64,000 bases of DNA from Euprymna scolopes (Eukaryota). The notes beneath the pieces are model-generated. The model ran no database searches. It was not told where the DNA came from and was given only the letters and a program-made list of their open reading frames with translations. This document shows, piece by piece, positions 1 to 12,326 of the stretch. The stretch is from NCBI GenBank assembly GCA_053919585.1, contig CM132790.1; one strand, 5' to 3'. Each line of letters starts with the position of its first letter. The first letter of the stretch is position 1. A program made the position numbers and the translations under genes.

Positions 1-833
1 AAGATATTATCCTACTCAGCAATAGAAATAGAATTTAAGACAAAATAAATTAGAAAAAAATAAAATAAACTTATTGTATCTCTGAATTGTTTTGGATAAA
101 CGGTACATATGCTTAAACGTATCTCGTATGTATTTATATATATATACATAAGCTGGTTGTGTAACATATTTACTGAAAAATATTTTTATTTAATGTTGGC
201 AATACATTTTCTCAAATACTTCTTTTGGGTTGAGGCCAAAGCTGCAATCGCTATTTGAAGAAATAGAGACCTACCTGTTACAAAAGGTCAGGTTATTTGA
301 ATATAATTCAAACACAGATCAATTACGCCTTGTGAAATCGAATTGCATTTAGATTTTTAAAGCAGCGCACTTCAACGATTACAAAAGATAACAGGACTAT
401 TAAAAATCAAACATTTATTTTGGTAGCAGAAGGCTACCTATTTTAAACCAAATTACAAAACACGTTGCGCTTACTTTATCAGAATATACAGTATTTTATC
501 GCCTCCTCGGCTCAAAGGTGCTAGTGATACCCAGATTTTAGCAAATGATCATTTTTTAGAGCGGCATATCACTTTATGTAATTCGATTTTAAATTATTAT
601 TATTTATTTATTTATTCATATATTAGTTATCATACTAAGTTAACCCATATAATTAAACGATCTGTTTTCTGAAATATGAGATGCAAACATTATCCTGGAT
701 TTTTCAGGACTTACCGCCTATACGACAATCTTTGCAAATTATTTTACTTGACCAAAACAAACGTGCACCACTGATTTCTCGCTGGAAGTATCTGTTCGCA
801 TTCTATAGAATCTTAGTTTTTGTTATTATTATT

Positions 834-959
834 ATCAAGATCAGAGGAGAGAAAATCAGAGCGAACATCATCATTTACGGTCTTAGATGTGTTGCCATAG
901 ATGCTCGTGTCATCAGCATAGATGTAAACGAAAGATTTTAGTATATGTTTTGGGAGATC
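834..959 (-). mobile_element. Short inverted fragment of LINE reverse transcriptase (YADD region)
   Basis: Minus strand translates DLPKHILKSFVYIYADDTSIYGNTSKTVNDDVRSDFLSSDL; homologous to 1930-2055(+) and 13140-13262(-). Confidence 0.9.
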
Positions 960-2932
960 AAAGCCGCTTTCAGGACTGCCAGCAACCATTGTAAGAAAGT
1001 AATAAAGAACGCAAAAGAGTTGCATGCTCTGTCCGTCAAGTCCAAAGTAGCTGAGCAGCGGCTTGGTTCCCACCAGTTTAGGCAAATAGCAAAGAGAATC
1101 CTGGACAGAAGCGTGTGCTCTATCCCAACTATCATCAATGGGCCTGAGGTAATCTCGTCAGCATCAGACAAAGCCAAACTCTTTGCCAAGAACTTTGCAG
1201 CTAATTCTACCCTTTGCGACCAAGTCCGCGAACCCCCAATATTTCCTCCTGTATCAGAAACATATATATGTACGTGATTTTGCCAAGCTAATCAAAAACC
1301 TTGATTCCATTAAAGCATCTGGCCCTGACGGTATTCCAATTATAGTACTCAAAAAACTTCAATCAGATGTAGCGCCCATACTTACAAAACTGTTTGATCG
1401 TTGTCTTAAAGAGAATAGCTTCCCATCACCCTGGTAAATTTCATCAGTATGCCCTGTATTTAAGAATCCATATGATCGCTCATCCACCTCTCAGTACATG
1501 CCAATAAGTCTCATATGCGTCATGAGTAAGTTGCTGGAATCTGTGTTAAATGCAGAAGTAATCAACCATCTCAACAAAAATAACCTTCTTAGTGACACTC
1601 AATATGGTTTCTGTTCTGCTAGATCTACAGCAGATGTGCTTACAGTTATATCGCATAGGATTAGCAAATCTCTCGACGGAGGCAACCTTTCTAGGGCAAT
1701 TGCTCTTGACATATCTAAGGCCTTTGATAGAGCGTGCCATAAAGGTTTACTTCACAAGATCTCTAGCTATGGTATAGCTGGAAATGTCTTCTCAATTATT
1801 GAATCATTTCTTTCTGATAGGTTCATAAAAGTAGTAGTTGAGAGGCAAAAATCAGAAGCTCACAGTATTAATGCTGGTTTCCCTCAGGGGTCCATCCTGG
1901 GCCCAACTCCTTTCCTGATCTACATTAATGATCTTCCAAATCACATCCTTACATCATTTGTAGACATTTATGCTGCTGACACTGTCATTTATGGTAGCAC
2001 ATCTAAGACAGTAAACGACCAGGTTCTCTCCGATTCTCTCTCCTCTTATCTTGAGCATGTGGTACAATGGGGAAAGGAGTGGCTGGTTACTTTTAATGCA
2101 TCTAAAATCACGCTTCTCCTTTACATCATCAACATTCTGATTCACATCTGTCATCAATTGAAATGAATAGCTTTCGTCTTCAGGAGACCTCAAGTTTTGA
2201 CAAGCTTCTGGGATTGACCATTACTCCTGATCTTAAATGGAACACGTACATCAAATCTGTTGCCAAGGCCGCTGGAAGAATGGTGGGATCTTTCTATCGA
2301 TCCAGTAGATATCTCACCTCTGATGCAATTCTCTATCTATATAAGAGCCAGTTACGTCCAAGGATGGAATACTGTTGCCACATCTTGGCAGGGGCTGCTA
2401 GAAAGGACTTGTCCGGCCTTGATAGAGGTTAAAATAGATTTCGTAGCCTCGTAGGAGATGTCATTTTCTCTTCCATGCAACCTCTATCTCACAGAAGAGA
2501 TGTTGCGAGTTTGTCTTTAATGTGTAGTTATTTTCATCGAAAGTGTTCGACCGAGCTTCAGTTTATGGTCCCCCCCCTCGCCAAACTTTTACAAGAAACA
2601 CTCTTCTAGCTGAAAACACTATCAATAATTCCCCCCACTCTTTATCTGTGCCTAAACTTTAACGTAGATTACATGAATAAAGCTTCTTTCTTAGAACTGC
2701 ACGCCTGTGGAATTGTCTTCCGTTTTCCTGCTTTCCAGCTGACTACAATATGGTTGTCTTCAAGTCTAATGTAAATAAGTTCTTGATGAGCCGTTCCATA
2801 TAAGTTAACAAATTTACCGAATTTTCGTTACTAATGATTACTATATTGTCCAATTTCTACTGTACACTCTTTAACCTTTATCCTTGAGTGACCTCTTGAC
2901 CTCATTAATGTGGTGATGCCTGTGTAAAAAAA
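960..2932 (+). mobile_element. 5'-truncated, decayed non-LTR retrotransposon (CR1/L2-group LINE): ORF2 linker, RT domain, 3' UTR, short A tail
   Basis: Broken ORFs 945-2432 carry KASGPDGIP, PISLICVMSKLLE, QYGF, LDISKAFD, GFPQGSILGP, YAAD (mutated YADD), LYKSQLRPRMEYC; ORF ends ~2803 (FKSNVNKFLMSRSI*); A7 at 2926-2932; several stops and frameshifts. Confidence 0.93.
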
Positions 2933-4213
2933 GCAATAAATAAACAACATTTAATGATCCTTCTCTTTATTTGTAATGTAGTTTTAATTTTGAGAGGTTT
3001 ACATTATATTTTAAGTATTTACTGTAATATAATAAATACACGCGATAGAATGTTTCGTGATGACCAGTGCGAAGAAAGTGCATATTGTTAAAGCAAATGA
3101 AAAACATACAATTACCATAAACTGACATTTCTAATTACAGTCGAGAAAACGGTTGTCTTCATCACCTCAGATTGTTTTTACTTCAGTATTCAAGAATAGA
3201 AATATCTCATCTCAACTTTCGTACTCGAAAAGGTCGGGCAGCAAAAGATTATCAAGCCACAGATTTTCTCCAGTCAGCGTTATTTATTACTTTACCAAGC
3301 GCCATCGGATATATATTGATCTTCTACAGATTTAGTTGTGCTTTCTTCTCGGACTCGTAAATGGCGGAGTTACTACGTCAGGTTATAATGAATCCACAGC
3401 AATGATATTAGCTATCTTTAGCCCAGCATCAACCGATACTAACCATAATTAAATTAGATTTTCTAGAAAGATAACCATTGACTCTGCATATTGAATAGAT
3501 GAAATCTGGTACTCAGCAGGTTTGTATTGAAATGATTTTACTTCTTTCCTCTAGTATTATCGATTTAATTAAAAGGATCTCAAGATTTGTATAGCCAGAA
3601 CGTCTGCGTACCTTTGACTATTTCCCGTTCAAATATTTGGTTACAGCATTAAAGCTCTGCCCCTCCCACTGCCTTTAAAATAAAATAACATTGGATAAGT
3701 TTTGCGAAGACTTACAATTTCCAATTATCTGACTCAATAAATGCGATGGTAACGGCTGTCTAACCATTATATTTATCGGCGGTAATATCGGTGCGCTCCA
3801 TACAAGTTACATTGCAGCTTATGTAATGGCTCTATAATAACTCGCTGTAGAATGTTTGATTTTCATCTGTACGCTATCACCGATAACTCTGTTTTAAAAC
3901 TTGCATCGCCAGGATCGACTAAGATGTAATGCAAACATTAAATTTACTTTGATATCGCGGCTTGACTGTTTGCTTATTAAGCATCTTTCTTCATCATTTT
4001 TGTTAGCACTTGATTTCCCGATATCACGTCATTTGAAATTCAGTTCTTACTCAACAAATTCTGGTAAATGTTTACTCGGGCTTGATCGAAAGCTGAAGAA
4101 AACCGTCGGAAAATTACTAGCGCTAATCGTGTTTATCAACGAATCCAAAAGCAATTACAAACGCGATTAACAAATACAAACCACAGCAACACGCCCCCTC
4201 CCAGCGACTGGGG

Positions 4214-4253
4214 GCCTTTGTGGCCTTTGGGCCAAGATCAAAATGTAGTATCT
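4214..4253 (+). pseudogene. U2 snRNA 5' fragment (about first 40 nt, including the branch-point recognition sequence)
   Basis: GGCCTTTGGGCCAAGATCAAAATGTAGTATCT versus metazoan U2 GGCCTTWTGGCTAAGATCAA(A)GTGTAGTATCT; GTAGTA at 4245-4250. Confidence 0.75.
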
Positions 4254-4400
4254 TTCCGGCAGATGCTGCAATCAAAGATCATTGCCCCTGTGGCAATCTT
4301 CTGGTCCATGTAGGGGCAACCCTAAATACCAGCTGGCAAATCACTATCCAGCTCCCATTTCCCACCCCTCTAGAGCTGGCGTTCTTTTCTTTTCCCCTTC

Positions 4401-4403
<3 letters not shown>

Positions 4404-4436
<33 letters not shown>
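4404..4436. repeat. (CT)n microsatellite
   Basis: Direct reading. Confidence 0.95.
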
Positions 4437-4438
<2 letters not shown>

Positions 4439-4632
4439 CATTAAAAAACGGTCTTGTGCCTAATTTGCTCAGTGTGAAAGCAAATAAATACAATACAAAC
4501 CACGGAAAACGACTTCGGATTAATTGGAAAGAAAAAATTAATTTTATAAATGTATATTGGTCATTATAATAGAGAACACGACAATAAATTTAACCAGATC
4601 TGACGAATTTATCTAGACGCCGGAGTACTTTT

Positions 4633-4685
4633 TCTTGCCTGATGAAATCGAATATGATTAAAACGGTCTGCACATCGTAGCAAGA
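4633..4685 (+). ncRNA. Degenerate type I hammerhead ribozyme motif
   Basis: Helix I TCTTGC/GCAAGA; CTGATGA 4639-4645; helix II AATC/GATT; AAAA in place of GAAA (G12>A); helix III ACGGT/ATCGT with near-palindromic loop; GTA cleavage triplet 4677-4679. Confidence 0.7.
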
Positions 4686-4844
4686 TATGACTGTATTAAC
4701 ATAAATAATAATGTTAATAACAATATTATATATATATATATATATATATATTTAGTAATAATAACTAATAATAAATAGTGATATTTACAACTAGTAACAA
4801 AGATAGGTTCAAGGCTCCTAAATGTCGTTCTTAAATTGTTCGCA

Positions 4845-5030
4845 AGGCTCCGTGTTTAGAGTACTTGGAAAGATCAAATGTAAAAATGATATTCACCTGA
4901 AGGTTTAAGGTTCAATTCTCAGTGTGGGCGACCAAAATATACGATTGCGCATTACTTATGACCACTATCCCCTCAAGGCTGACGGAACAAATGCATGCTG
5001 CCCTCGTGCAGAAATAGGGGGTTCTGTTTT
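4845..5030 (+). mobile_element. Possible degenerate tRNA-derived SINE
   Basis: A-box-like GGCTCCGTGTTTAGAG (~4846) and B-box-like GGTTCAATTC (~4908); extent uncertain. Confidence 0.3.
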
Positions 5031-5140
5031 AACTTCCATCCAAATTCTCGAGTTCGACAGAAAGATTTAAATTGCAACAAGATAAACCAAATAATAGGAA
5101 ACCAACTAGGTTTTCATCGATATACACTCCAATAATCAGA

Positions 5141-5940
5141 TACAAGGTGTAAGGATAAATTTTTATCCTTAAAGAAAACAACACTACAGCTCTATTTTTA
5201 AACTTTTATTGAAAAAAATTATTTCAGGTAACTTCATTCTGTAGTAGAGCTGGCATCTATTACACGTAACTGATTTCAGTTCAATCACAACCTCGATACA
5301 ATCCCAAACAGAGGCAATATATTTTCCGCAAGCGCCGGCGAGAGCTTGAAGAATACTCAGCGGATGGCAACAATAAGGCTGGCTTTGGTTTTGTGGGACA
5401 GTCATGTTGATAATGTATTCGACGTATGACCAACCAAAGTAGTTTAGCGGGCTCAGGTCGGGGAGATAGAATGGGGCAGGGAGAGAAAAGTAAAAATTCG
5501 TAGCACTCTTTCCGAAACCAAGCCTGGGTCCCTTTGGACTTGTGGACCGGTGATGAATCCTGCTGCCACAACCAGGGTCTGCTAGTGGCCACCTGACTGC
5601 ACCGAAGGATAAACCCACTCTTCAGGACACCAAGGTACACTTTCATGTTGACTTTCGAGCCGACTTCGAAGATGTAAGGTCGAATGAAGTAGCTCTTACT
5701 TTTAACTACAGCCAAGACAACAACCGCAGCCGGAATCTTCAGACCTTTAATTCCCCGAATTTGCATTTTGAGCGTGTTGGCAATAATCTTGTTCTCATCA
5801 CTTGGATCAGAAGTGAGTATGAGCATAGCGGTGCCTCTCTGATCTCGCCTGTTGAACATTGTGGCACTTTAAGCACATGATAGAAGGCTCCTAACACTCT
5901 TGGAAATATGTACAAAACTGGCCAACAAGTATATGGTCTA
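5141..5940 (-). mobile_element. Internally deleted Tc1/mariner-superfamily (maT/DD37D-like) transposon relic
   Basis: Minus-strand WQQDSSPVHKSK and frameshifted PDLSPLNY motifs; TA-CAAGGTG end resembling TA-CAGGGTG termini at 5141; homologous to 59990-60610. Confidence 0.8.
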
Positions 5941-6105
5941 CTGCCAAAAATAAAACACCAGTTTTAATTAAATTTAAATTGAATGATGTTGTTAATTATA
6001 TGGCGAAGATTTTATCGTACAATAATATAAATGTATATTCCTATAAGTTTTTTTTTCCCTTTTAGTGTATTGATATTCATATTAAAAACTATTTTTTATT
6101 TAATC

Positions 6106-6550
6106 CTAGCCTAGGTGTCTGGCGTTACCCGATTGTTTGGAGGTGTGTCTTGAGTAAAAAGAAAAATGTGATAGTAGGCAGTCAGGCTCGAACCCGTACT
6201 GCGAAGGAGAAAACAAACGTAAAAAAAACGTTACGTCTCCACCATTGCCTCCATCGCCAAACTGGAAGTTGCGAAGGTTTTAAATTAAGACTAATCGACC
6301 GAAAAGAGGGGATGGCCTTCGAAAATGCTTGCGAAAAAAGCGCGCTGTCCTTGAAGACAAGTGCTCAGTTGAGGGAGAGCAAATTCATGTCTTCAGCATA
6401 TTTTTCGATATTATTTGTCCGAAATCTGGCGTTTAAAAACGATACCGATCTCGTGAAAATCCGTCGCCTCTCTCGAGGGTTTAGGCAGACATGCCAACAT
6501 ACATACATGCATACATTTAAACAGACAGGTGCGGTTTATATTATAGAAGA
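6106..6550 (-). mobile_element. Non-autonomous Helitron, family B, short form
   Basis: Minus strand starts TCTTCTATAATATAAA and ends in a degenerate hairpin plus CTAG; homologous to the ~400-bp module in units 1, 2 and 4 of the 51572-54670 array. Confidence 0.7.
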
Positions 6551-7175
6551 ATATACAACTTTATAAAATATGAGTTTGCAAAAGATCCAGCTTATTTGCA
6601 TATTATTTAAAACATTCATTTTAAAGTGACTTCCTATAAGTTTTTTGTGATTTTTGTCAGGGACGATCATATTTAATTGACTGTTACGTGCAATTATATT
6701 CATGCAGATATTTACATGATTTTTACTTGCATAATATGTGTGTAAAAGTGTATAGTAAACACAAACCTCTTTCTCTATATATTCATGTATGCGTGTATAT
6801 AACCGCTGCGAAACTTTCTATTTGAGTTTTAGCCGGGGAAAATTAGTGCAAAAGTATGAAAAATTAAAAATAAAGTGGAATTTACCAGGGTATGGTCGAA
6901 CGACGTAATTACAAATATGCATGCTTAACGTAATAGATATTGGTTAATGTTTTAAATCTTAGCCTCAAAGAAAACATGTCTTCATTGCTCTGGTATATAT
7001 GTCAAAGACAAAAAGCAAATCGTAAGCTAAACCTTCTCGTTTGGATTCTCGGTGGTTGCGCACGAGTCAGTTTTTAAATATTTTAAATCATTACTATATA
7101 TTGGGTCGATATAATGCAATACATAATACGAAATCTACATTAATCCTGCTAGTATAAAGATGGATTATATATATA

Positions 7176-7823
7176 CTAGCAAGGGTACCCGGCGTTGTTC
7201 GGTTGTTTGGAGGTGTGTGTAAGCGGGGAGGGGGTAAAGTAAAGAATAAGCGAAGTCATAAACCTGTTTAAATATAAAAATAAAAAAAGAGATGTCAAAC
7301 TTCATTTTAAAATATCGGAAAAGCCAAAACAAAAACAAAAAAACAGCGGAAAAACAAAAAATCATAAATAAGGGGAAAAATGATAGACTTGTTCGGAAAA
7401 ACGAAAGCAAAAACAAAACTCAGCGAAAAGTGGAAAAAATGGGATAAATAACCCTTCGATTCGGTTAACTACATGGTGCGTTTCACCCAGTAGAATTAAA
7501 ATTCCATTCCAGTTTTTTTAAGCAACTACGAATTAAAAAAAAATGAAACCGGTGTTCCTCCAAAATTGTCTCTTGTGGACGATCCAGCAACTGTGTTAAG
7601 TGGTGGCGGAGGAAGGAGGAATCTATTAGAGAGAAAAGATTTTACCACTTCCATTGATCTTAACAGATTTTGGCAGTGAACTCTCAGAAGATAGAATATA
7701 GTCATTAACAATTATCGAGGAAGTGGATAGGAAATACGCCTATAACACACCTCAGATATTTTAATCCTATCAAGGTCAAAATCAGAGGGGAAAATGAGTT
7801 CATTGTATATGCATAATATATAG
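7176..7823 (-). mobile_element. Non-autonomous Helitron, family A
   Basis: 3' end CCGAACAACGCCGGGTACCCTTGCTAG|T on the minus strand; 7500-7820 is the reverse complement of 17930-18420; 7176-7300 matches 15290-15408. Confidence 0.75.
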
Positions 7824-10018
7824 TTTTAAACTTATTCAAATATAATATTTAAATATGTATGTGTTCATTTACCTTACAAACATAATATTGTGGAATCTGC
7901 ATTCAATGCGAATGTCCATAAAATGAATATTAGTAAAACATTTTATGGCATCTCAACAATTTATAACAGTTGCTGTATATATCGTATGACATCAACAGAT
8001 CAATCTGATATTCCTTTCACACCCTTGAAAATATTTAATTCCAACTTACTACACTCAGACTGTTAGAATATTAAATGTTTATTTCATACAACGCTTCTAT
8101 TTATTCCTAAAATGATAATGGTGGGAATTTGGGGAGAGATATTTTTTTTTCCTTTCCTCTTCTTAATTTTTCTTACGTCTACGTTGCTGCTGCTGATGGT
8201 GTTGGTCATGTGATTAATTTGTGCCTGTTTATTGATCTGCGCATTCCCGCGTTTTGTAAAAAAAAGCAAACATGTTGGTTGTTTGGACTGGATGTAGGAA
8301 ATGTGTTGACGTACCATCTACTTTCCGTCTATGCGGGACGTTATATTGTCGAAATGAACTCGTCTAAGTTATTTGGCGATGTTCGTAATGTTGAATTTAT
8401 TGCGTCTAAGTTACTTGACTTATGCAGATCTTGCTGATATAAGTCTACTACAAGTAAATTCAAGATACCTGTCTCCAACTTAGCAGTTAAATATGTGAGC
8501 TAATACCAGCTGGTAGGTGAATAGGCACATGTGTGAAATATTCCTAATAGGAAAGATTTAATTGAAAGCGGGCATCACTATAACTAGATATTTTCCTCCA
8601 AGTCTTGAAGAAAATTGATACGTCTCAAGCTGCAGTGTTCTAATTAAAATGACAAGCACATTTTTATCTGAGCTGACTCAAAGATAGAACTTGGAAGTTA
8701 TTTTTTCCCCCCAGAATTTTTAGCCTCTTCAGGGAACGTGATTATTCGACGAAATTTGTACATTTTTCGGTTTATTTCTTCACAGAATGAGGAAATAAAT
8801 TCATTGCTATAAAAAGAACACGCCCGAAACATTATTTCAGATAATAAGTTACCATTCTCTGCGGATATTTCATCTGTTCTATACGAAAGGATCGATTTTC
8901 AAAATATACGACATTACAAAAATGTGAGCTTAAATTGCAAACGAAGGGAATAAACTATTTCCGACTTTGCTAAAGTATTCTGACCTTTCTAAAAACATCC
9001 TAGGATGGTGTAAATCTTATATCACAGAAGAAAGTAAAAGAATGCCTTCTCAACCCGTCTTTCATTCTTTTCTATTTTTCGTAATTGTTATCACACAAAG
9101 GTATTTCTTTGTAGTTTAGAGCAAAATCTTAACAGTTGATGTGAACATTTTTGGCAGTAAATTTCTTTTTTTTCTTTTCCTAATAAAATTGTTTGTGTAT
9201 TTGTATCTAGTAAATCTTTTCTCTTCTTATTTTTGTTGCTTTTTTATCTAGTTATTGGGAACCTTTTTATGCTTCGCTCGTTGGAAGTTATGATAATAAT
9301 TTCGACAGTGCTTCTTTGAGCTTTGTTTCTAGATTGTTCCTTTCCTACTAGATATAAATACTGGTTCCAGATAAAATGTCAACCAATAATCCTTGTTTTT
9401 ATGAAAACTATTTATAACGCAGATATTATTTCTAATGGTTATCCCTTAGTGTAAGGAACGGGTCGATACGCATTAAGTTAATGATCTGGCACAGGATTGT
9501 ACAAAATATTATAATACTAAAAAGTATGTGACCAGTTGAATTACTTAATAAATCGCAGTAAAACTGTTTGAATCGTAAAAGGCAAGTTGAATAGAAAAAC
9601 TACATCCAAATTACATCCAAAAATACATGTTCACGGCGGTGATCATTAAGCTTTCCTTGATTTCTCTGTTATTTTCTTTAAAATCTCCAGTTCAGTATTA
9701 TTACTGTCTGTTGTAGCATTATCTATTTGTTAGAATAATCAATTGAAATATTTCTATTATATTTTAAAAAATTATTTCTCTTGTGTAAAAGCCTGTACAT
9801 AGAGCAAGATACAGTGAATATTAAGAAAGGGTCTATATTACTAAGTAAAAAACAAGGTAAGACTTTAAAAAAATTGATTAATTTCCTGTTACTTGTAACT
9901 TACTTAGTATACATAGCATGCATATCCTAAGGTAGAAAGAAATCTGCCGACAGTGTTGTTACATTTCCCGAAATATAACAACATTGTCGTTCCCTCTGAG
10001 CACCTGATGTAAGAACAC

Positions 10019-10038
10019 ATGCCTGTTTAATATTATGC

Positions 10039-10098
<60 letters not shown>
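10019..10098. repeat. (TA)n microsatellite
   Basis: Direct reading. Confidence 0.95.
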
Positions 10099-10101
<3 letters not shown>

Positions 10102-10384
10102 AGAAAGAAAATTAAAACTGTAAGTTGAACTTTACAACAAAGATTCATTGTTCGACTGAATACTCCAAACAACAGTTTACAAATTCCTTATTCCGCGGAG
10201 TTTCAAAGAATGCTATTCTTGTTATTATTCTCATCAGACAACATGAATAAATCAGACAGTTATATTTGTAGCAATGCTAGAATTTGCTAGGTAAGGCATT
10301 TAGTGAAACCGCAAATTATTGTAGTTATAAATTTCCAAATATTACAAGAATATGAAAAAATGCTGTAAATAAATAAATAATGTA

Positions 10385-10387
<3 letters not shown>

Positions 10388-10450
<63 letters not shown>
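10388..10450. repeat. (TA)n microsatellite
   Basis: Direct reading. Confidence 0.95.
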
Positions 10451-10454
<4 letters not shown>

Positions 10455-10984
10455 AACCGCGCATAATATTTGAGCTCGTTTGAAAATCCTCTCAACTGTA
10501 GATCCGAAATGCAAAATAGTTGTTTAGAGAGAATGGACTTTAAAATGAGTCCAGCGTGACGATGCATATAATCCGATTGGAAAACCTTCAAAACTGCTGA
10601 AATAACGAAATTTCTTTTTTCGGGTAATGCAGTAGCCCAAAGAGAATCTGCCCCTCACCCCATTCAAAAGGGACCTGGTAGTAAAAAGAGAAAACCAGCA
10701 TGAGCACCTTAACTATCGGCTTAATTAGAAAAAAGTGATTTCAGATTAAATTTTAAAGAAATTAAGATCAGGCTATGTAGGAAACAAAAAAAATTAGTCC
10801 CTGAAAGCTCGTATTACTCTGGCCGGAAATTATCTAGACAGAACAAAACAGATCCTTCTATAAAGTGTCAAATTCGATGCCATTATTAATAAAAAGTAGG
10901 GGAGTGAGGATTATAAAGTTTAAAGTTTGCAGAATCGTAGAGTATTATGTCTGTCGAAAAGGCATGATTATAATAAAGATAGGC

Positions 10985-11040
<56 letters not shown>

Positions 11041-11250
11041 GTAATAATAATAATAGTATTAAATGCAAAATAATTATAATAATAGTATTATAATTAATTA
11101 ATTATACTAATGATCATGTGTAGTAATAATAATAATAAAAATACTTTATCAATTATAGTAACACCATTAGTAATAATAATAAAAAAATATTAATAATGAT
11201 AAATAAAACACTAATAAAGATGACGATAAATATTATAATAATATTTATAA
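10985..11250. repeat. (TAA)n microsatellite with degenerate AT-rich extension
   Basis: Direct reading. Confidence 0.9.
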
Positions 11251-12326
11251 TAGCAGGCACACTGATTGTTGCAATGATTTTTCCACTATTATATCGTTAT
11301 TTGCTTCAGTCTGTTTATTTGTAACACTGCTGCATTGTACTGCCTTGTATTAAACCTAGCATATACAAATTAAACAATCATTGGACAGCTACATTAGACT
11401 TTGATTTTACTTGATTGGGGTTATTTTGTGTATTGAACACTTTGTCAAATCTGGTATTTATGTTATCAATAATAATTATCAGATATCCCAAGAACGATTG
11501 ATCTGTTAATGTTACAGGGACCTCTTATTATTTTATGTCCAATATCCAGAGTCATATCTAGTTCTACATTACATTTTTTTCAATATTAAAGTGGTTATGA
11601 TATCATAAGTACAAACAAGGGATGACCCTGGCGTATTGGTAAACGGCTCGAACTGAAAACCTGAGTGTGCGAAGCTCAAACACAGTTCGTTCTATAAACA
11701 GACACACTTGACTTATCGTCTAATATTCTGGTTAGAAAATGAATAATACAATAAATATAATAAAGATTTTTAATCGACCATGACAGATGGATCAATATCA
11801 AGTTATCTTCGTGGATTAAATAATAAGATTAATGCGGCATTTATGTATTGTGCTAGAATTCGTTAAAATGAGTTCCAAGTTTCGAAACATACACTTGCTA
11901 TATGCAAAATGTAATCGGCAAATATATAAGAGAAGGAAATTATTTGAGAAATAAATTTCTCTTATATTGTACATATTTAATTGTGCTAGTTTTTACTTTG
12001 GTTTTCAAATAAATCATACGTGGTTTGAATAATTACGACAGAGAAACGTCCTTTCTGAACATAAGAAAGGGTCACTCACTCCTCTCCAGTTATCGGCAAT
12101 TATATGCGCAGAGGGCATAAATAATGCATCATTGTAAACCAACGAAGTCAAACCATGCCAAGAAAAGTAAGGCTTGAGTAGGGCAAGAAGGGGAAGTATT
12201 TTCTGTGTACAATATTATGCCCTCTGACTCTTGAATACTTTCCAATAAAGACAAAAGAGAACTAATCTACAACTTGACAGTAGAACCCAAACAACAATTG
12301 CATTAGTACTCTGCGTTATATATTGA

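Noticed and set aside
3610-3850. Possible minus-strand exons with a 43-nt intron
   Set aside because: In-frame stops and no recognisable protein similarity
10184-10242. Minus-strand hammerhead candidate (CTGATGA...GAAAC-TCCGCGGA-ATA)
   Set aside because: Palindromic helix III is suggestive, but helix I does not pair and helix II is irregular
11628-11690. tRNA-derived SINE (TGGCGTATTGG A-box-like)
   Set aside because: B box too degenerate and no second copy in the window to confirm
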